Positions 11,565 through 26,156 are shown, counted from the first letter of the whole stretch. The stretch: DNA of 58,218 bases, filler included, from Sphacelaria rigidula (GCA_964200075.2; 10 parts of 10 records of this genome joined end to end with filler, not necessarily neighbours in it), one strand, 5' to 3'. Translations and numbers: made by a program. Notes: generated by a model from the letters alone, not told the origin.

Positions 11565-11700
11565 NNNNNNNNNNNNNNNNNNNNNNNNNNNNNNNNNNNN
11601 NNNNNNNNTTAATTAATTAANNNNNNNNNNNNNNNNNNNNNNNNNNNNNNNNNNNNNNNNNNNNTGGGGGTGGGTAGTGTTGTGTTGGGGGGGTGTGGGT

Positions 11701-11735
<35 letters not shown>

Positions 11736-11898
11736 TGCAGGGCCTGCAGTTGGTAGGACTCGCTGTGACATGGGTATAAAATAACACACCTTAGTGGATG
11801 ATATTCATCCTGTATTCATGTCCAAGTACAGTGACTGAAAATGGTCTGTCTTCGCAACTACACTGCCATGTGCGCATCCGAACCACTCCTAGTCTCAC

Positions 11899-14800
11899 CA
11901 GATTTGTCGTCACGAACTTGCGGGAGTACCGTTGCCACAGCGGCCAGCTGTAGGGAAAGTCCGCGATTGTGGCCCACAGAGCCACGTCATAGGGATAGTC
12001 GTAGTTCCAGCGGTGCAGGGTGAAATTCACGAACTCTGCGAACGCTGGGTCGCTATTGTTGTATATGGCGTTCCCGTTAATGTGTCCCAGTACATGCCAC
12101 AAACCCGTTAAGGCAGCTGTACCATGAAAGTTGGTGCCCGCCAGCGTGCTGCCTTTCACCCAAAATGGCTCAACCCCGTGAAAAGTGGCGTGATAGAGCT
12201 CCTCGAAGCTCCTCTCATGCGCCACAAGAACGTCCCACTCGATGATCGCCACGGCGTCGTAGGATGCGAAGTGAACCTTTACGCTGTCCTCCAGGTACAT
12301 TTTGTAGAACTGAACGGAAGGTCCTTTGGGGTATACATTCTCCTGTGCGTGGAAGGGAAGGTACAGGCCACGATCAGTGTAACGAAGCTAACAAGAGTCG
12401 GTCAAGAGAGAGGAGCCCGGGCAAGGGCGTCATTGTGGCTAGATGTTACAGCATAAATTTGCCGCGCGCGAAGCGAGAGAACAAAAATTTAGGAATGAGA
12501 CGATGCTTTTCAAGATTGGTGGAAAGTCGCGTTCACTGCCCGAGATGTTTGGGTTATTCGAGATTTCGTGTCACGTCTCCTCGGTGATCCTCAATCAACA
12601 GGAAGTAGTCATGAAGCCCATTGACGCAATAAACATGGTATGCAGTAAGCAGCAGGCGCGGCAGCGCTTTTCACAGAATGCGTTACGCGACTTGATCAAA
12701 ATAATATGAATATTTGACGGTTGTAAGATACACGAGTTTTTAGTGTTCAGGGTTTCTAGTGTTCAGACACACTAAATTTCTCATCTCTAGGGGCTAGCAG
12801 TCGCCCGGCGCGCTGCACACGTTTTTGCCGAAATCCGCGCCGTAAGTGGTGGTTTGGGCTCTGCCAGCACACAAACTAGCTAGGGCATCACGAATACTTG
12901 CACAACGGTTGTAGGTCTGCGTGGGGTTGGGGTTGGGGTTGGGGTTACAATAGTTGGGTTACGATGGGGCCCAACACTGCGGAAGCTTGCCAACCACGAA
13001 AATTTGTCGACCAGGTCACCGAGGCCGTTGAGAGACAACAGGGAGCAATAGTCGAGGCAAACACATACATGACGCTGACGCTAAGGCCACGTCTTGTCGA
13101 GAGCTAAAAAAGACGCCGAAAAAGGAACACGCGTCCAAAAGGAGCATGTTGATTGGTCACTGCAACCATAGACCTTCCAGGTGATCAATCAACATGCTGC
13201 TTTTGGACGCTTGTTCCTTTCCGCGCTTCTTTTGTCTTGAAGAGACAGGGCCATTTTTTTTTCTTTGTCGAAAAAGTGCGGTCAAATCGAATTCGCTCGT
13301 ATCTGATTCGTCCACGTTTTTCACCTTCTCAGTGAGAACACGAATGCCCTGGACGTATCAGGTGCGAGCAAATTCGATTCCACGGTACGTTCTCGACAAG
13401 GTAGCAATTTGATAATAAGATATGTCCTGACCCCTAGTCCAACCCAATGATGAAGTGGTCATGGCATCATTACCAGCCCTCCGCGCCAATCACGTGTACA
13501 TTTTCCATTTCAAGCACATAGCCCTCGGCTGTCAAACTCCTCTGTTCCATCCAGGTTTCGTTGCTGGTCGTGTGTCGAGCTATATCCACGGAAAATATAG
13601 CCCCCCCCCCCAGTACTCGGCGTAGGCAGTACTTCCATCTACACACTGCAAGCTGACGCCGCTAATCGCCTGTCAATGCTACGGTAGTGGGTGGTCTAAG
13701 TATTCAGTGAGGTTTTGGGGTTTTCCTCGCGTACTACTCTTCGATAGAACTCGAAATTGCTAGCGTCGGTAAAATTTGGTACAATAAATAGGTCATCCTC
13801 GGAACACACTGCCCAGGTCAGTGCTAGTTGGTGTTATCGAGCGAAACGAGTGAATGCCCCGTTCATCAGGAGGGTGTTATTGACCGTGAAACACAGTTTT
13901 CGGCTCTAGTGCGATGAGTAGGCAGATACAAAAAAAAACTGTACACTCTTTTAGAAATATGATCGGGACAGGCTCGATCGACCGGAAATACCGAAGAGTA
14001 AAAATCTGGACTGAAACGTCGCAGGACCCCCGATGACCGGTCAGCCCGTAAATTATCAATATTGAGTGCAGATTATTTTTTTCTTGGAGTGTGGAGCGGA
14101 TAAAAATATCTTCAGATCCCCAATGTGGCAAGCGGTGGCGAGCGAAAAGAGCCCAAGAAAATCGCCCATTACGAAGAAATCACGAAATGCCTCAAAATTA
14201 CTAGTTAGACCGCCCACTACTGTCGTCGCCATCGCCTGCCGTGTCGCTTATCGCGGGGTGTGGAATACCATGTCGAAATGTAACCTGATCTAATTGAGGA
14301 CGTTGGTTTTATTGATGATACTCTGTTCGGTTCAGGTCTGTCAGCCCCACGTAAAACGAAATCCGAAAAACCTGTCCTTGACCAGACTGGCCACCCCGAT
14401 GACTCAATTGCGGCCGATATGCGTTGATTTGAGCTCTGGAAACGCAGACTTTTCCCAGGGAACACTTTGCACCCCCCTTGCCCCAGGCTTCTCGGTATGC
14501 CTTGGTCAGGATTAGGGTTAGGGTTGGCGGCATCTCCATAGTACCAACCATTGTTTACGTACATGTCCTCAGGTCCCCTCCTCAATTGGTAAGCTCGAAA
14601 CCTGCTGTGACAGCAGACAGTTGGGTTGTGGGATCGAATCTCGGTGCAGTCACAAGATCTGGGATTTTTCTCGCGCACCATCCTCAACAGTAAAAAAGTG
14701 GAGAGCGACTACTTACTGTATATGTCGTGGGTACACCAAAAATCGACTTCACAATCGACGAGGGGAAGGGACCGTTAAACCCCTCTCGCGATACAAAAAT

Positions 14801-16846
14801 AAGGCAAGCACCGCAAAAGGAAGGTGGGTACTAGAACAAAATAAAACACAAGAAAACTCCGGTGTTGGCCTTCCTCTTGTGTGACTCCGGCCGAAAAGGC
14901 CGACATATACCGAACGGTGCAGACTGGCGTTCAGAAAAGATGGGATGACAAGACACATACGGCATACTCGTACAACATTTTCATCATTCCTGTTAAAATC
15001 GGCACCTGTGGTGCCGATTTGAGGTCTGCGAACACGCACTTTGCTCATGACACCATTCGCGCCCCCCTACCCGGGGGTTCTCGCAATGCTTGGGGTCGGG
15101 GTTGACCCATGCACCTCAGGAGGAGCGGCCGACCGACAAAAGATGGATCGTGAGAGGCACGCTGCTGCACGACCTCATGCTTGGTATCTATCGTATGGAC
15201 ATGGAATACACTGCTGAGCTTACACGCCTGGAGATGACACCCAACGTACCACTACGAGTATATGCGATAGAACTGTTGTCCCCTTGTTCGTCGCAAAACA
15301 CACAGGCGTGAGATATCAACCCTTTGAACTAGCTCAGATGGATTCCTGACTGAACCGTACTGATTCTTCAAGTAAAGGTGATACCGATTCAACTGGCGAG
15401 CACATCTACGAGAAGTGGTTGGGCACTTCCAGCAGATTTTATCGAATGTGGTACAGCTTTTGTTCGTCCGAGTTGGCTTCAGTATGAAAATACAAATCCG
15501 GATCTTCAGTGCGGGCTGTATGTACTCTCAGCGTGCTCCTATTATAGCGTGCACAGAACGCGGTTTTGTCTCGAGTCTGGCAACGAACGCACACATCGCC
15601 TAGGGAGCACTTTGCATCCCCCTTGCCCGAGCCAGGATTCTCGGTAACCCTTTGTTGGAGTGAGGGTTAAGGTTAGGGATTTTGGACATCATCAATTTCC
15701 GAGAAAGTTCCATGCCTGCTACCAAGTGGCAGACTAACGCATTCGGGTGTGATCCGCTGTAGTGCGTATACTGTATTCTTTACCAGTTGTTGCGGATCCT
15801 GAACGCTTACTGACTGGACAATAATGTTGTTGTGGTTGTTGCTGTCTTACCGCTCCGATGTCTGCGGGCTACTCTGTACTGAGGATCTGATGCGGACGCC
15901 TACCGTGCACAGAGATTGCTGTATATATGTGATATGTTACTCTCGGCTCTCCGCCGACCGGACTTTCTGTTCAGTTTGCCAAAAGTTGGATACAGAAGCA
16001 GCACAAAATCGGCTGACTGTATGGCGTTTCGTTGCGTCTACAGATGCGGAACGTGATCACCCACCCGTCCCAAGCATATAAAGAAAGGCTGTAAAAGCTT
16101 GGCAGTCAACTTACTACTGTACCTAGAAGCAAGAAGAATGAAACATTTTCTTTTCTCACCTCGGCTGTGAGGTTCGCGTACACGACCTGCGTGTTCGAGA
16201 AACAGCGCCCTCCCGTGTACGACAACGATGGCAGTATCTGGCTGGATTTATCATCAACATCCCCCGCGTAATACAGTATCAAATCGACGCTCGAAAGCGT
16301 AACTTCCGAGCACGCGTTGGGCCACCTACTTAAAGACGCCAGTGCTCGATCAAGATCTCCGCGGTGCGCCGGCACGACCACCGCAAGCCTTTGCTGCGAG
16401 GTCAGTCGGGAGACCAACAGTGTCTTTCGATTCTCCTCGAGTCTCAGTAAGAACATGAAATTCAGCACTAGCCCAAGCGCCGCGAATGACAGGGCCACCA
16501 GAAAACACCTCGACATCCCCGAGCTCATGTTACTATTGCTGCTGCCACCACCGCTCTTTCTTCGTCCTATGAGCAGCTTTGTGCCAATTCCATTGGAGTT
16601 TGGTGGAGCGTGTCCTGCAGACAACGGACCCATTGTCAAATGTAGAGCACAAATACGGGGTCTGCGGGGACGGGTGGCCGATACTTGCGGGAGAAGGGGA
16701 GCAACGGACCGGTGCGGCATCGCTGTTGCTGGAGTTGTTCCGAACTCAGGTCTCTTTTCCGGGCTTAGCGCTCCATGCCTATATCTATGGGAGATTTCTC
16801 CAACCGTGTACCCCAAAAGAAATTTCTCTCTGCCGTGATGTGGCAT
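11899..16846 (-). CDS. Putative type II membrane glycosyltransferase-like protein, partial. Exons about 16846-16160 and 12342-11899, 3' part off contig, start codon uncertain
   Basis: TM segment FLVALSFAALGLVLNFMFLL, then RLAVVVPAH. Donor GAG/gtgaga at 16160 and acceptor cag/GAG at 12342 join in phase 0 (LTAE-ENVYPKGP). Exon 2 has IIEWDVLV, FWVKGS, GHINGNAIY and YDVAL, and ends at CTG/gtgaga. Confidence 0.8.
14581..14734 (+). mobile_element. tRNA-derived SINE family A copy (intronic)
   Basis: A-box remnant CTCAATTGG and B-box-like GGATCGAATCT. Body GATCTGGGATTTTT...CAACAGT..GGAGAGCGACT...GTCGTGGGTAC is shared with 34993-35117. Confidence 0.75.
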
Positions 16847-17670
16847 GTGCCGTATGTGAACCCCCCCTCCCCCCCGCGCCTTCGCCTAGTCGCCCTGATG
16901 GGATTGTGCCCCTCACCATTCATTGTGTACTGTAAATCACACTCGTCAACAAATTCGATAGGTAAGGTTGACTGGAAGATTTTAACGGATGTGATGAGCA
17001 TCAACGTTTCACGAGGGGGGAGAGACAAATAGTTAGTGGCCTAAACACAAAGGATTTGGCTTCATGTCTTTGTTCATGTGCTTCATGTCATGACCTTCGC
17101 CTGAATAAGACATAGCAGTTCGAACATATATGGCTCGAATGTGTTCGGTGCTAACTGAGAAGTATCATGTCAACTTTGCGATGACGCCAGCGTTCATATA
17201 TTTACCTCAAACCCTTGCTGTTGTATCAAAGTGCGCATGCACTCCCATTTGGCTTGGTAGTATTGCCGGTAGACAGTTTCGTCGATATATGCGACGGCGG
17301 ACCTCCTGCTTACGGCGCACCACGACACTACTAACCATTAATGCTTAACCCTTAGACCGCGAGGTTAGTCTTCTGTTGAATCGGCATCGATTTCAANNNN
17401 NNNNNNNNNNNNNNNNNNNNNNNNNNNNNNNNNNNNNNNNTTAATTAATTAANNNNNNNNNNNNNNNNNNNNNNNNNNNNNNNNNNNNNNNNNNNNCCCC
17501 CCCCCCTTTTTGGGTCATACGACTACGGCAGGCAAGATCATGAGTCCCCCCCCCCCCCCCCCTCCCCCGCTATCGCTTCGGTCGATGTTCAAACGGCTGA
17601 GAAAAGCAACAAATGAGTACGCCCCTATCGTAGCATCACTTCACTACACGGACGTGAATCGTACACCCAC

Positions 17671-20600
17671 CTGCACTGCCCTGCAGGCCAAGTTTGCCAT
17701 CTTCGATTTGTCCATGCCGTGAGAGCCGGCGATGTGCGCGTACTCCGCGGAAAGATCCGTATCGAATACGCCAGGGTCGTCCGTGTTCACACTGAACGGA
17801 TACCTGCGGTTTTTCAGGGTCATTCATTGTCCTGTAAAATGCAATATTATGGGCACGGAAATTTTAGCTGCGTAGTAGTCAAACGCTTTGGAGAGGGCGC
17901 GTTCCCATGTATTGCATGGGGCATCACACAAAATGCGGGTACAAAGTGAACGCGTACATTGGGCGGTGGTGTGCGCAGAATGAGAGAGAGAGATGACACG
18001 ATGCGACGGTAAGCTGTCCTGTGTACTAGAGTGACTTTCGTTGGGTCATACTCTATGACCACGAAAACATCGGGAACAGGCGGGAGGGGGGTCGAGATCA
18101 AAATTAATCACGGAGCACTCAACGAAACGATGGCCTTGGGGCGAAGAGAGAAGGCCTTCTGACATGCTCAGTGCTTCGTATCGTACATGACAGAAATACA
18201 GAGACGGAAAGTCAGAACTCTGAGTTTCGAGCAAGCTGAAGGCATCATTACGATATGCTCAGCGTCAATTGATCTTACATACATGCCTAGATGATGACGA
18301 CTTCCTGCAGAAAAATATACAGTTCTTACAAGTTGACACGACATAATTCTACTGCTTCATCGGTTGTGATTCTACTCATAGTCCCACGCGTATGTGTGTG
18401 TTGTCTGTGTGTGTGTGTTTTGTTTTAGAAGCAAAGAGCTCGTTCAATGAGATTTTATCAGCATCTCACAAGAAGAGAAGCAACCGCACGTGCGCAAGAC
18501 GCAAGTATTGAAAATACACGGCACCTTGTGAATGGTTTGTGTCATACTCTATGAGTGTGTGTCATACTTTATGAGTGTGTTTAAGATGCGTCGAAAACGC
18601 TTACTGAAAACAAAGGCTACAATGCTGAAAAACATTTCCACCGAGCCCCAAAAACAAATAGTCAACCCTTTACGAAATAATGTAATCGGACACGCTGCGT
18701 GGAGCATCATGGCAGTACTTTTTTTTTCATTTTTTTTCCAATGCAACACCCTTTCATCATTCCGCTAGGTCGAGAAAAATAGCCCCTTGAGCGCCACAGC
18801 TGTCTTCGAAACAATATCACCCGCTGATCTTCAATGGCGGTCAAGCAGACGCTACAGCGGAGAAGCTCCCCTCTCTTTACGAGCACCACCTCCGGTGACA
18901 ACACACTGTGTATCCCGTAGTCCCCAACCCCTACATCGTGAACAGCGTTCCACCCAAGCAGTTGTCTTTCACATAGGGTCAGTGGTCGATCTTGGCTAGC
19001 TTGTAGTATCCGGCGTTCAAAGGCTTCAAACGGCCTGCCGCGACAGGAGCATCCTTTTCTTGCTCTCCGCATCCTAGTTGGCAGGCCCAATCAACTCTAC
19101 ACACCAACACCCAAAGCCCCCGAAAAACTAACTTGGGGTGTCTTGAGTCCTCATGCCGTAAGGTTCGCACGCTTCCAGCGATGGAAAGCAAAAATGGCTC
19201 GTCAGACGCTGTAGAGCTGGCTGTCGTGTGTTCGTGTATGTCCAGTACGGCTTACGTAGCTGAAGGATGTATCACATCTCAAGCGCGCGATAATCAGAGA
19301 CACCAGAACATCTCCGTGGCTCCACAACTAACTTCGACAGAGCCCGCCCGACAATCGCACAGCGCGCGAGCGCATGTCATGCAGGGGGCTCCGTCTCGAA
19401 ACTCTACACTCAAGTGATCTGTAGCTGACGATAAAAAAGCTAGACGACATCCTTTGCGGTGGAGTGGTTCGGTGTGGGCATATCAGTGCTCAAATCCAGT
19501 GCGTAGGGGTACCGAGTCAGGCCATGCAATACCCGGTGCAAAGAGGACCCGCCGGCAGTCTGTCTGTCGTGGGGGACGATATCCCCCCGACGTAGCTAAC
19601 GACGGTTGTTAGCCATCATCACCTGTTCTCAATCCAACAACCCACGGTAGGATGTTCCCCATGATTGTCAAACGCCAGCGTCAGCCGGTTAGACGTAGGA
19701 CATATCTCGATAGGAATTCGAGGTTCCTCTGACAGTAGCCTGCACCGCACTTCTTCCCCCAAAACGATAGCATGACCCAACCTCTCTGGTCTGAAGTCGA
19801 TGACCGCTGTAGTGTCCGCATCGTTGAGGGTTTCGCCGCAGTGCACGGCGATCTTTAGCCCGCCTCTCCGTGCGGTATCGAACGCCGGCCTGACGAAAAT
19901 GGAGACGAGGGAGGAGGAATCGATATATTACACAGAAGCACAGCGCTTGTGTTCTAATTCGGACGCTTGTGGGTTACTGACCATAGATCTGACAGGTTCA
20001 AAAAGCGGGAGTATAGGCGTTTGAATGACGGGGGCGAACCCATGCTTGTCAAGCTAGCAGTGTCCCACGGTGGGGATCCCTCTCTGAAGCAGGGGTAGCG
20101 CACAATCTTTGCCGCTGCGCCCCGGTGGTGTATATTAAAATGCTTTAACTGCCACGATTAGGGCGGGAAGAACCCACGTTTGATCCCCGCCAGATGCGTT
20201 TGGATTTTATGTTCCAAATATCTGATTTCCGCCATTGACGTATTCGAAGGCGTGAGGACGTGAGTAGGAAAAACAGTTTGACGGCGTTTGTTTGACGAAA
20301 ATTGACGCGGGTGCGGAAGTGTTGGTCATGATCCAATCCACAAGACCAAAACGCAAGGCGTGTACCGGGGGAGAGAGGGACTGATCCCTTGAGATCACAG
20401 ATTCGTCCCGAGGATGGCGAAGTGGTTGAAAGTGTGTTAATAAGAGAAAATCTTGCAAAATTGCGCGTGTTTTCCTTTCATACCCGTAGGTCGTCCGTAC
20501 GGAGCACCCACCCCAGCACTAGCATCACTGCCTCCTTTCATCCCTTCGAATATCGGATAAACATATCCTCAGGTCCTCGGGGACACAACCCAACGGAGGT

Positions 20601-21403
20601 CGTTCAGCGACCATCACCGTCACTCCTCATCTCACCGGAAATCCTGGAACAGTCCCTTGGTTGGGTTCCCGCTGAAGTCCATGCCCAGTATATAATCCCC
20701 CCACTCATCGTGCTCCTTAAGGCTCAACGCTAGCTCCACAACTTTCATCGCCTCATCAACTCCGCGACTCCTGTCCACGCTAAGCAGCAACCGAGGAATC
20801 AACAGAGCGCGCTTGACTGTTGATGCCTCGTCGCTGTCCTCCTCTGTCGCGCGAGAGTTTTCCTTTTCGAATATTCGAAGTTGTTGCAACACCGTCTTGA
20901 TATACGTTTCTCTGGTTGTGCCATCTGGCAAGGGACGTGGAGTTGTACGTAGCTCCGCGTAGCGCACGTTGTCTTGGCTCATGTCTTGCAGAGCTTCCGT
21001 GGTTATCCGTCGCACGGCCGCTAGATCTGTGACTACTCTTTCGACCGGGGGAGGGGAGGGTGGTAGTAGCGGAAAGCGGGCGGGTGGGGTTGCCAATGAA
21101 TCGCAAACCTGCATACAGCTGGGTTGATATGTCTCCACTCCTTGAGGAACGATCTTCATATCGAATCGGTGACCTGGGTCGGCCCCGGAGCAACAGCCGC
21201 TCAACACCCTCTGGAGTGCGATATCTTATTGCAATAAGAACTCACGAGTGGATCAAGTCGAATATCTTGAAGCAATCCGAGAGACTCCTTCCGGCTCCTG
21301 GGGCAAGAACTTCAAGCTGCTCCGCTGACATCGTAATCGCGCGCGCTCTCGCCAGGTCTGCCAGCGTTTCCGGTCGGATACAGCCATGAAGGTGAGCATG
21401 AAG
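17671..21403 (-). CDS. ADAL: Adenosine deaminase-like protein (ADAL / N6-methyl-AMP deaminase type), partial. Exons 21403-21246, 21037-20636, 19889-19623, 17803-17671
   Basis: Four GT-AG exons with matching phases give LHAHLHG, YAELRTTPR, LLLSVDR, GMDFSGNP, AVHCGE, RLGHA, EICPTSN and SVNTDDPGVF, the full metal-binding and catalytic motif set. First and last exons were not located. Confidence 0.92.
20117..20455 (+). mobile_element. tRNA-derived SINE family B copy in an ADAL intron
   Basis: Head GCGCCCCGGTGGTGTA...AATGCT...CTGCCAC...GTTTGATCCCCGCCAGATGC resembles tRNA-Gly(GCC) with a B-box. The body is shared with two other contigs. Confidence 0.65.
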
Positions 21404-24400
21404 CTGTCGATTGGTGCAGCGCGTAAGGCACCAGAGGTCAGTTCTTTCATCTGCACTGCGGATGTGCGGCGCTTTTTGTAAACAAATGACAAATGACTCA
21501 TAGAACAGTACGAAATAGCTCATTCTACAACTCTACCGTACTTTTTTTTCGTAGCGGCAAAGCGGTTTTGATTTCTTTGTCAAGGTAGGACCTTCTGTTG
21601 ACCAAATGGCACCCGAGATTGGGGACAGAGGGCAGCCTCGGCGACCCCGTACCATCACTTACAACGCTCTGTGACAAACAACCAGGTTCAGGTGCACACC
21701 CCAACCACGGCCATCTGATTTGAAAAGATGGCGCGATATCTGCAGATGGCTGCGAAACCAGCAACTGTTTCCAGAAATCGCGAGAATAATGTCAGCATGG
21801 CGAACGACAAACTGCACAAGATCACCTGAGAACAGGCGCCGGTACCTAGTGGGCACGTGCAAGACTACTTGGTGCGGTGAAAGCACCAAAACTGCTTGTA
21901 AGGCACCGGAAAACTTGTTCTTAATGAAGCACAACTACTCACCAACGCGCATGCGTGCGTGCGTGCGTGCACACACACCTGCTACAGCCCTTCCAAGGGC
22001 GCGCGCAGGAGATGATGAGAGAGTGGCACAGGGGAGAAAAAGAAAGGTCTAAAGCCGCGTCTCAATTTTGTGGTTGGGGTGCTTGTTTAGTTTAGCGGGT
22101 TATTTTACCATTTTCCGGGCGATCGTCCGTCATCGTAGCTTGCCATTTAAAGGTGCCTTTTCTCGCCATTCCCAGGTATGTAGACTGTTTCAGGTATGGG
22201 TCTGGGGGGTGATTGGACAACTTTAGGTACATCTGGTAGTTTCGCAGCCGCCCGCAGGAACCTTATAGCTTCGGCCAATCAGACGACTGTATTTGGGGCA
22301 TGTTGGTGCAACACAGACCTATACCTGAAACTGTTTCAAACGTGCGCAGTTCTGGCTGAACATGATCATGTCTCCCTCGCTCTGGCCGTGTCTTCTCGAG
22401 ACGAACAAAGAAGTCCAAAAACTGCGAGCAAGGCAGCATGCCCGACCACAACTACCGGTTTGGGTCCCAGCGACGAAATACAATATTGACTTTTCTGGAA
22501 GAGCGGTGTTTCTTCCGGCACTGGACGCAGTCGAAAAGAGGCCTGGGAATTTCAACAGGCATGGCCGATAAACGTAACTGAAACACGTTATACTTACACA
22601 AACCAATCCAAACAAGCATTCACAGACATCCACAACACAAGCGGATCACCTAGCGCTAGCTCTTGCTGTACACACGATGTTAGTTTGTTTCACGGCAATC
22701 TGTTCGGTATTGGAAGAGAGCCGATTATGTGTGTGCCACAAAAATTGCTCACTATGAAGTCATTGAACGCTCGTAGGCGTGTTATACAGCGTCCGTCTGA
22801 CAGAAATTGTAGTGTCTCAGTCAATCTTGAACAGAATGTCTTGCTCAGTTGATCAACAGCTACGGCTCAAGCTACTCATTGTATATCCTGGGATAGTGAG
22901 ATCAGAATTTGATGTGGTTTGTGCCTCAGGGCCGGGCTACGTGACAAGGTTTACCACAGCAGGGGTAATTGCGCCGCTGGTGGTTTATGTTCCCCTCAAT
23001 GGCGAACAGCCCAAAAAATCTCGGCGAACAGCCCAAGACCCAAGAATCAACAAAATAAGAACAAAAAAAGCGCCGCCGCTTAGTATTCCCGTGTGTGTGT
23101 GGGGGGGTGTACTCATGATCGTGCATCCGATAGTCATATGACAATTGAGCTCGCATCCCTACAAAGCCGAGTTTTCGCCGGGGGGGGGGGGGTGTACTCA
23201 TAATCATGCTTGCCATAGTCATCTGACCNNNNNNNNNNNNNNNNNNNNNNNNNNNNNNNNNNNNNNNNNNNNTTAATTAATTAANNNNNNNNNNNNNNNN
23301 NNNNNNNNNNNNNNNNNNNNNNNNNNNNGCTGGTGGGGACCGGAGGACTGGAGGGCGGCGAGGACGTCCCCGGGGGGTTCGGTGTGGGGGGGGGGGGGGG
23401 ATGGGCGTTTCTTCCACGAAGTATCGTTTCAAATCGCCCTTGGAAGCAGGGACGGTTGTTCAACCCCGCGCGCTACCGAAAAATACCGCCTATTCATACT
23501 ACTTGACACGGGATGTACCCAAATACAAGCGCACCACGAGTGTGTTAGGTTGTCTGAAACACCTGTTTTCGTGCAATCAAACACCGCCCCCGCTCCCTAT
23601 CGTAACGTTAACCCGAAAGCGCTTCATAGTAAAGTACGTCGGATAAATCAAACGATATTCATAGAGTACATGAGACCCATGTCATGGTGGGCTGTTTACA
23701 GGAGCGTGGAAACATTCACACAGCTGTGGGGGGGTTCAAGAAAAGCACCGCCATCGGCACGTCACATTCAGAATCAAGCATCTCCCCTCCACCGGTGCCA
23801 CTTGTGCAACTGCGTAGCACAATACAAGTACCACACAACAGTCCTCGCAGGCTGTTGGAATATATATGGCTATCGTGGCTTGTGTATAAAATACACGACG
23901 TTCAACTGTCAACCTGGCAGGAACAATTGGTTCAACTGGTGAAACCAGCTCTGACAGGTGAGCTCGCAGAGGCTGCACAGTGTTGGTTAAACACTTGTTT
24001 GTGCAATAAGAGAAAGGTGTTTTAAACTTGGCTCTTCATCTGCCCGTTACTCAAATCAAACATAATCAGTTTCTACTCCATAAAATACTGATGGCAAGCT
24101 GGTAGGCTTACGTGAGGTGGGTCGCTTCGGAGAGTAAATGGCGTAAGATTATTTCACTCGGTCGACAAAACTCTTGGACACTGTAAAACTGTTTATCCAA
24201 ACTGTTGATATCTTAGACTCTTCGTGCTCAACCTTTCAATATTCTGACAATATGCTGACCTTCTGTATACGAGCTATACAGTACATGAGCTATTCATTAT
24301 TCTACGATATGGATATTCTACTTGTTCGGTTACTACTACGACCTTTGTTCTAACGATGATCCGTAACTGCTTGTACCACTATTGAGTATGTATACTCGGA

Positions 24401-25289
24401 ACAATTATTTCTCAAATTCCAACACGCCTTTCGAAATGACATTCCCAATATATATAAAAGAATTCAAACTCATTCATATCCAACGTGTATACTGTACTCC
24501 ATTTGTACTTTACTGTACTTTTCTATACCTTGCAGCTCGCATCTGTACTTCACTTTACTTCACTGTACCTTACTGTACCTTACTGTACTGTATTCACGTA
24601 TTCCTCCATAATGAAAAGAATCAAATGCTCGTATCTAATAGACCCACTGAGTCCTACTTCGTTGATGCTGTCGAAGTTGCTCTCCTCTGTTCTTGCTCCT
24701 GACTCGATCGTTGTGACACTACGCCGTCGTTGATTATGCTTAGTCTCTACGATCTACTCTTCTCTATGTTATACCTAAAACATTAGTCCGTAGTATGTGT
24801 ACCTGCTGCCTCTTGGTGTCGATGTCGTTGCTGTTGTCCATGACGCTCGAATGCTTTTCGGATCTGTTTGTACTACTCGGGGTGGTTTGGAAATAAACCT
24901 ATTGTGCGCCCGTGCCTCCTCTATTCCACGTACATGCCTATCTTCACTGCTGTCGATGTACGCAGGCGATTTTACTGATCTACTGTTCAGGTATACAGGT
25001 GACTGAACTGATCTCGTGACAGTACTTGCTGGACATGTCTTTTCTGTTTATTCCGAACCTGTTCGCCTAACACTGAATCTACTGCACCCTTGATCCCCAG
25101 TATCTCGTTCCTATATGCTGCTTTATGTCGTGAAGATGGCTGCTGTTGTTGCTGCTTCTTACTTTGCTGGTGTAAATTACTATTTTTCTTACTTGTAGAG
25201 TTGTATCTACTCTTTTTCGATCTACTGTCGTACGCTTAATTGATGGCAACTTACTTTTACTGAGCTTCTTCTGCTTTTTACGTGATTCT

Positions 25290-26156
25290 TGGTCTCATTT
25301 TGCTCTCTCACTGACTAGCAAAGTTTTGGCTACGCCCATTGGTTTTCCTGATCCTACTGCAGTTCTTAGCGCTGAGCTACCTAAATTACCCTCATGGATT
25401 ATTTTTATACTCATATCCCTTAGTATCCTGTTGTTATCAACATTTATTGAGAGTTTGAAACTCCAAAATCTACATGTGGATCTGCTGAAAAAATGGTAAT
25501 CACGCCCTTCTTGCGTGCTTTGCAAGGCGAAAAAAGATGTCTTCTTAATTTGGGTACTACAATGGCTGGTAAGCACACAGCCCTCTCATAACCGTGGATA
25601 TCTGTCGCTGTCGTGTGTACAACTCCTTTACCTGTTCCTTTTACTAGGAGCCCTCCTGTTGTTTCTATACTCATTGGGGGACTGAACTCAACATCATCTG
25701 ACAATTCCCGCTCAATGCCAGGTAGTAATTTACTGTCCACGCAGTGGGTGGCTGCCCCTGAGTCGGTTTTTACTGAAAACGAGGTTAACATTGCTACTAC
25801 TCTACTGCTATTATCTGTAGACTCTATGAGAAAGATAAATCCCATCCCGCTTGTTGTCGGATCATCTACCACTGGTGCCGACGATGCACTTACATGTATA
25901 ACGTGTGCATTTGTAGGCTCTTCATATGTACCTTTTGTCCAGGGTAACTGTGTTTACCTGCTGATGTGCATGTTCCAGATTGCTACTATGCGTGACATCA
26001 CTGTTGTGCCCGACATTGTCATTATTACTCCCTGTGCCTTTATTCTTATTTTGACTTCTACACTCCGTGTGATCATGGTTGGCTGTTCTGTGTAGTGTAT
26101 CCCCATTTTGGCTGCATTCCACTATCATTAGACTGCTGTGTGGATCTGCCTTCACG

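Noticed and set aside
14508..14527. TTAGGG telomere-like repeats (similar short runs at about 12923 and 15662)
   Set aside because: Only 2-4 units and they lie inside an intron.
20117..20195. Possible tRNA-Gly gene
   Set aside because: The D-arm is degenerate, there is an insertion, and it is attached to a dispersed repeat body, so it is treated as a SINE head.
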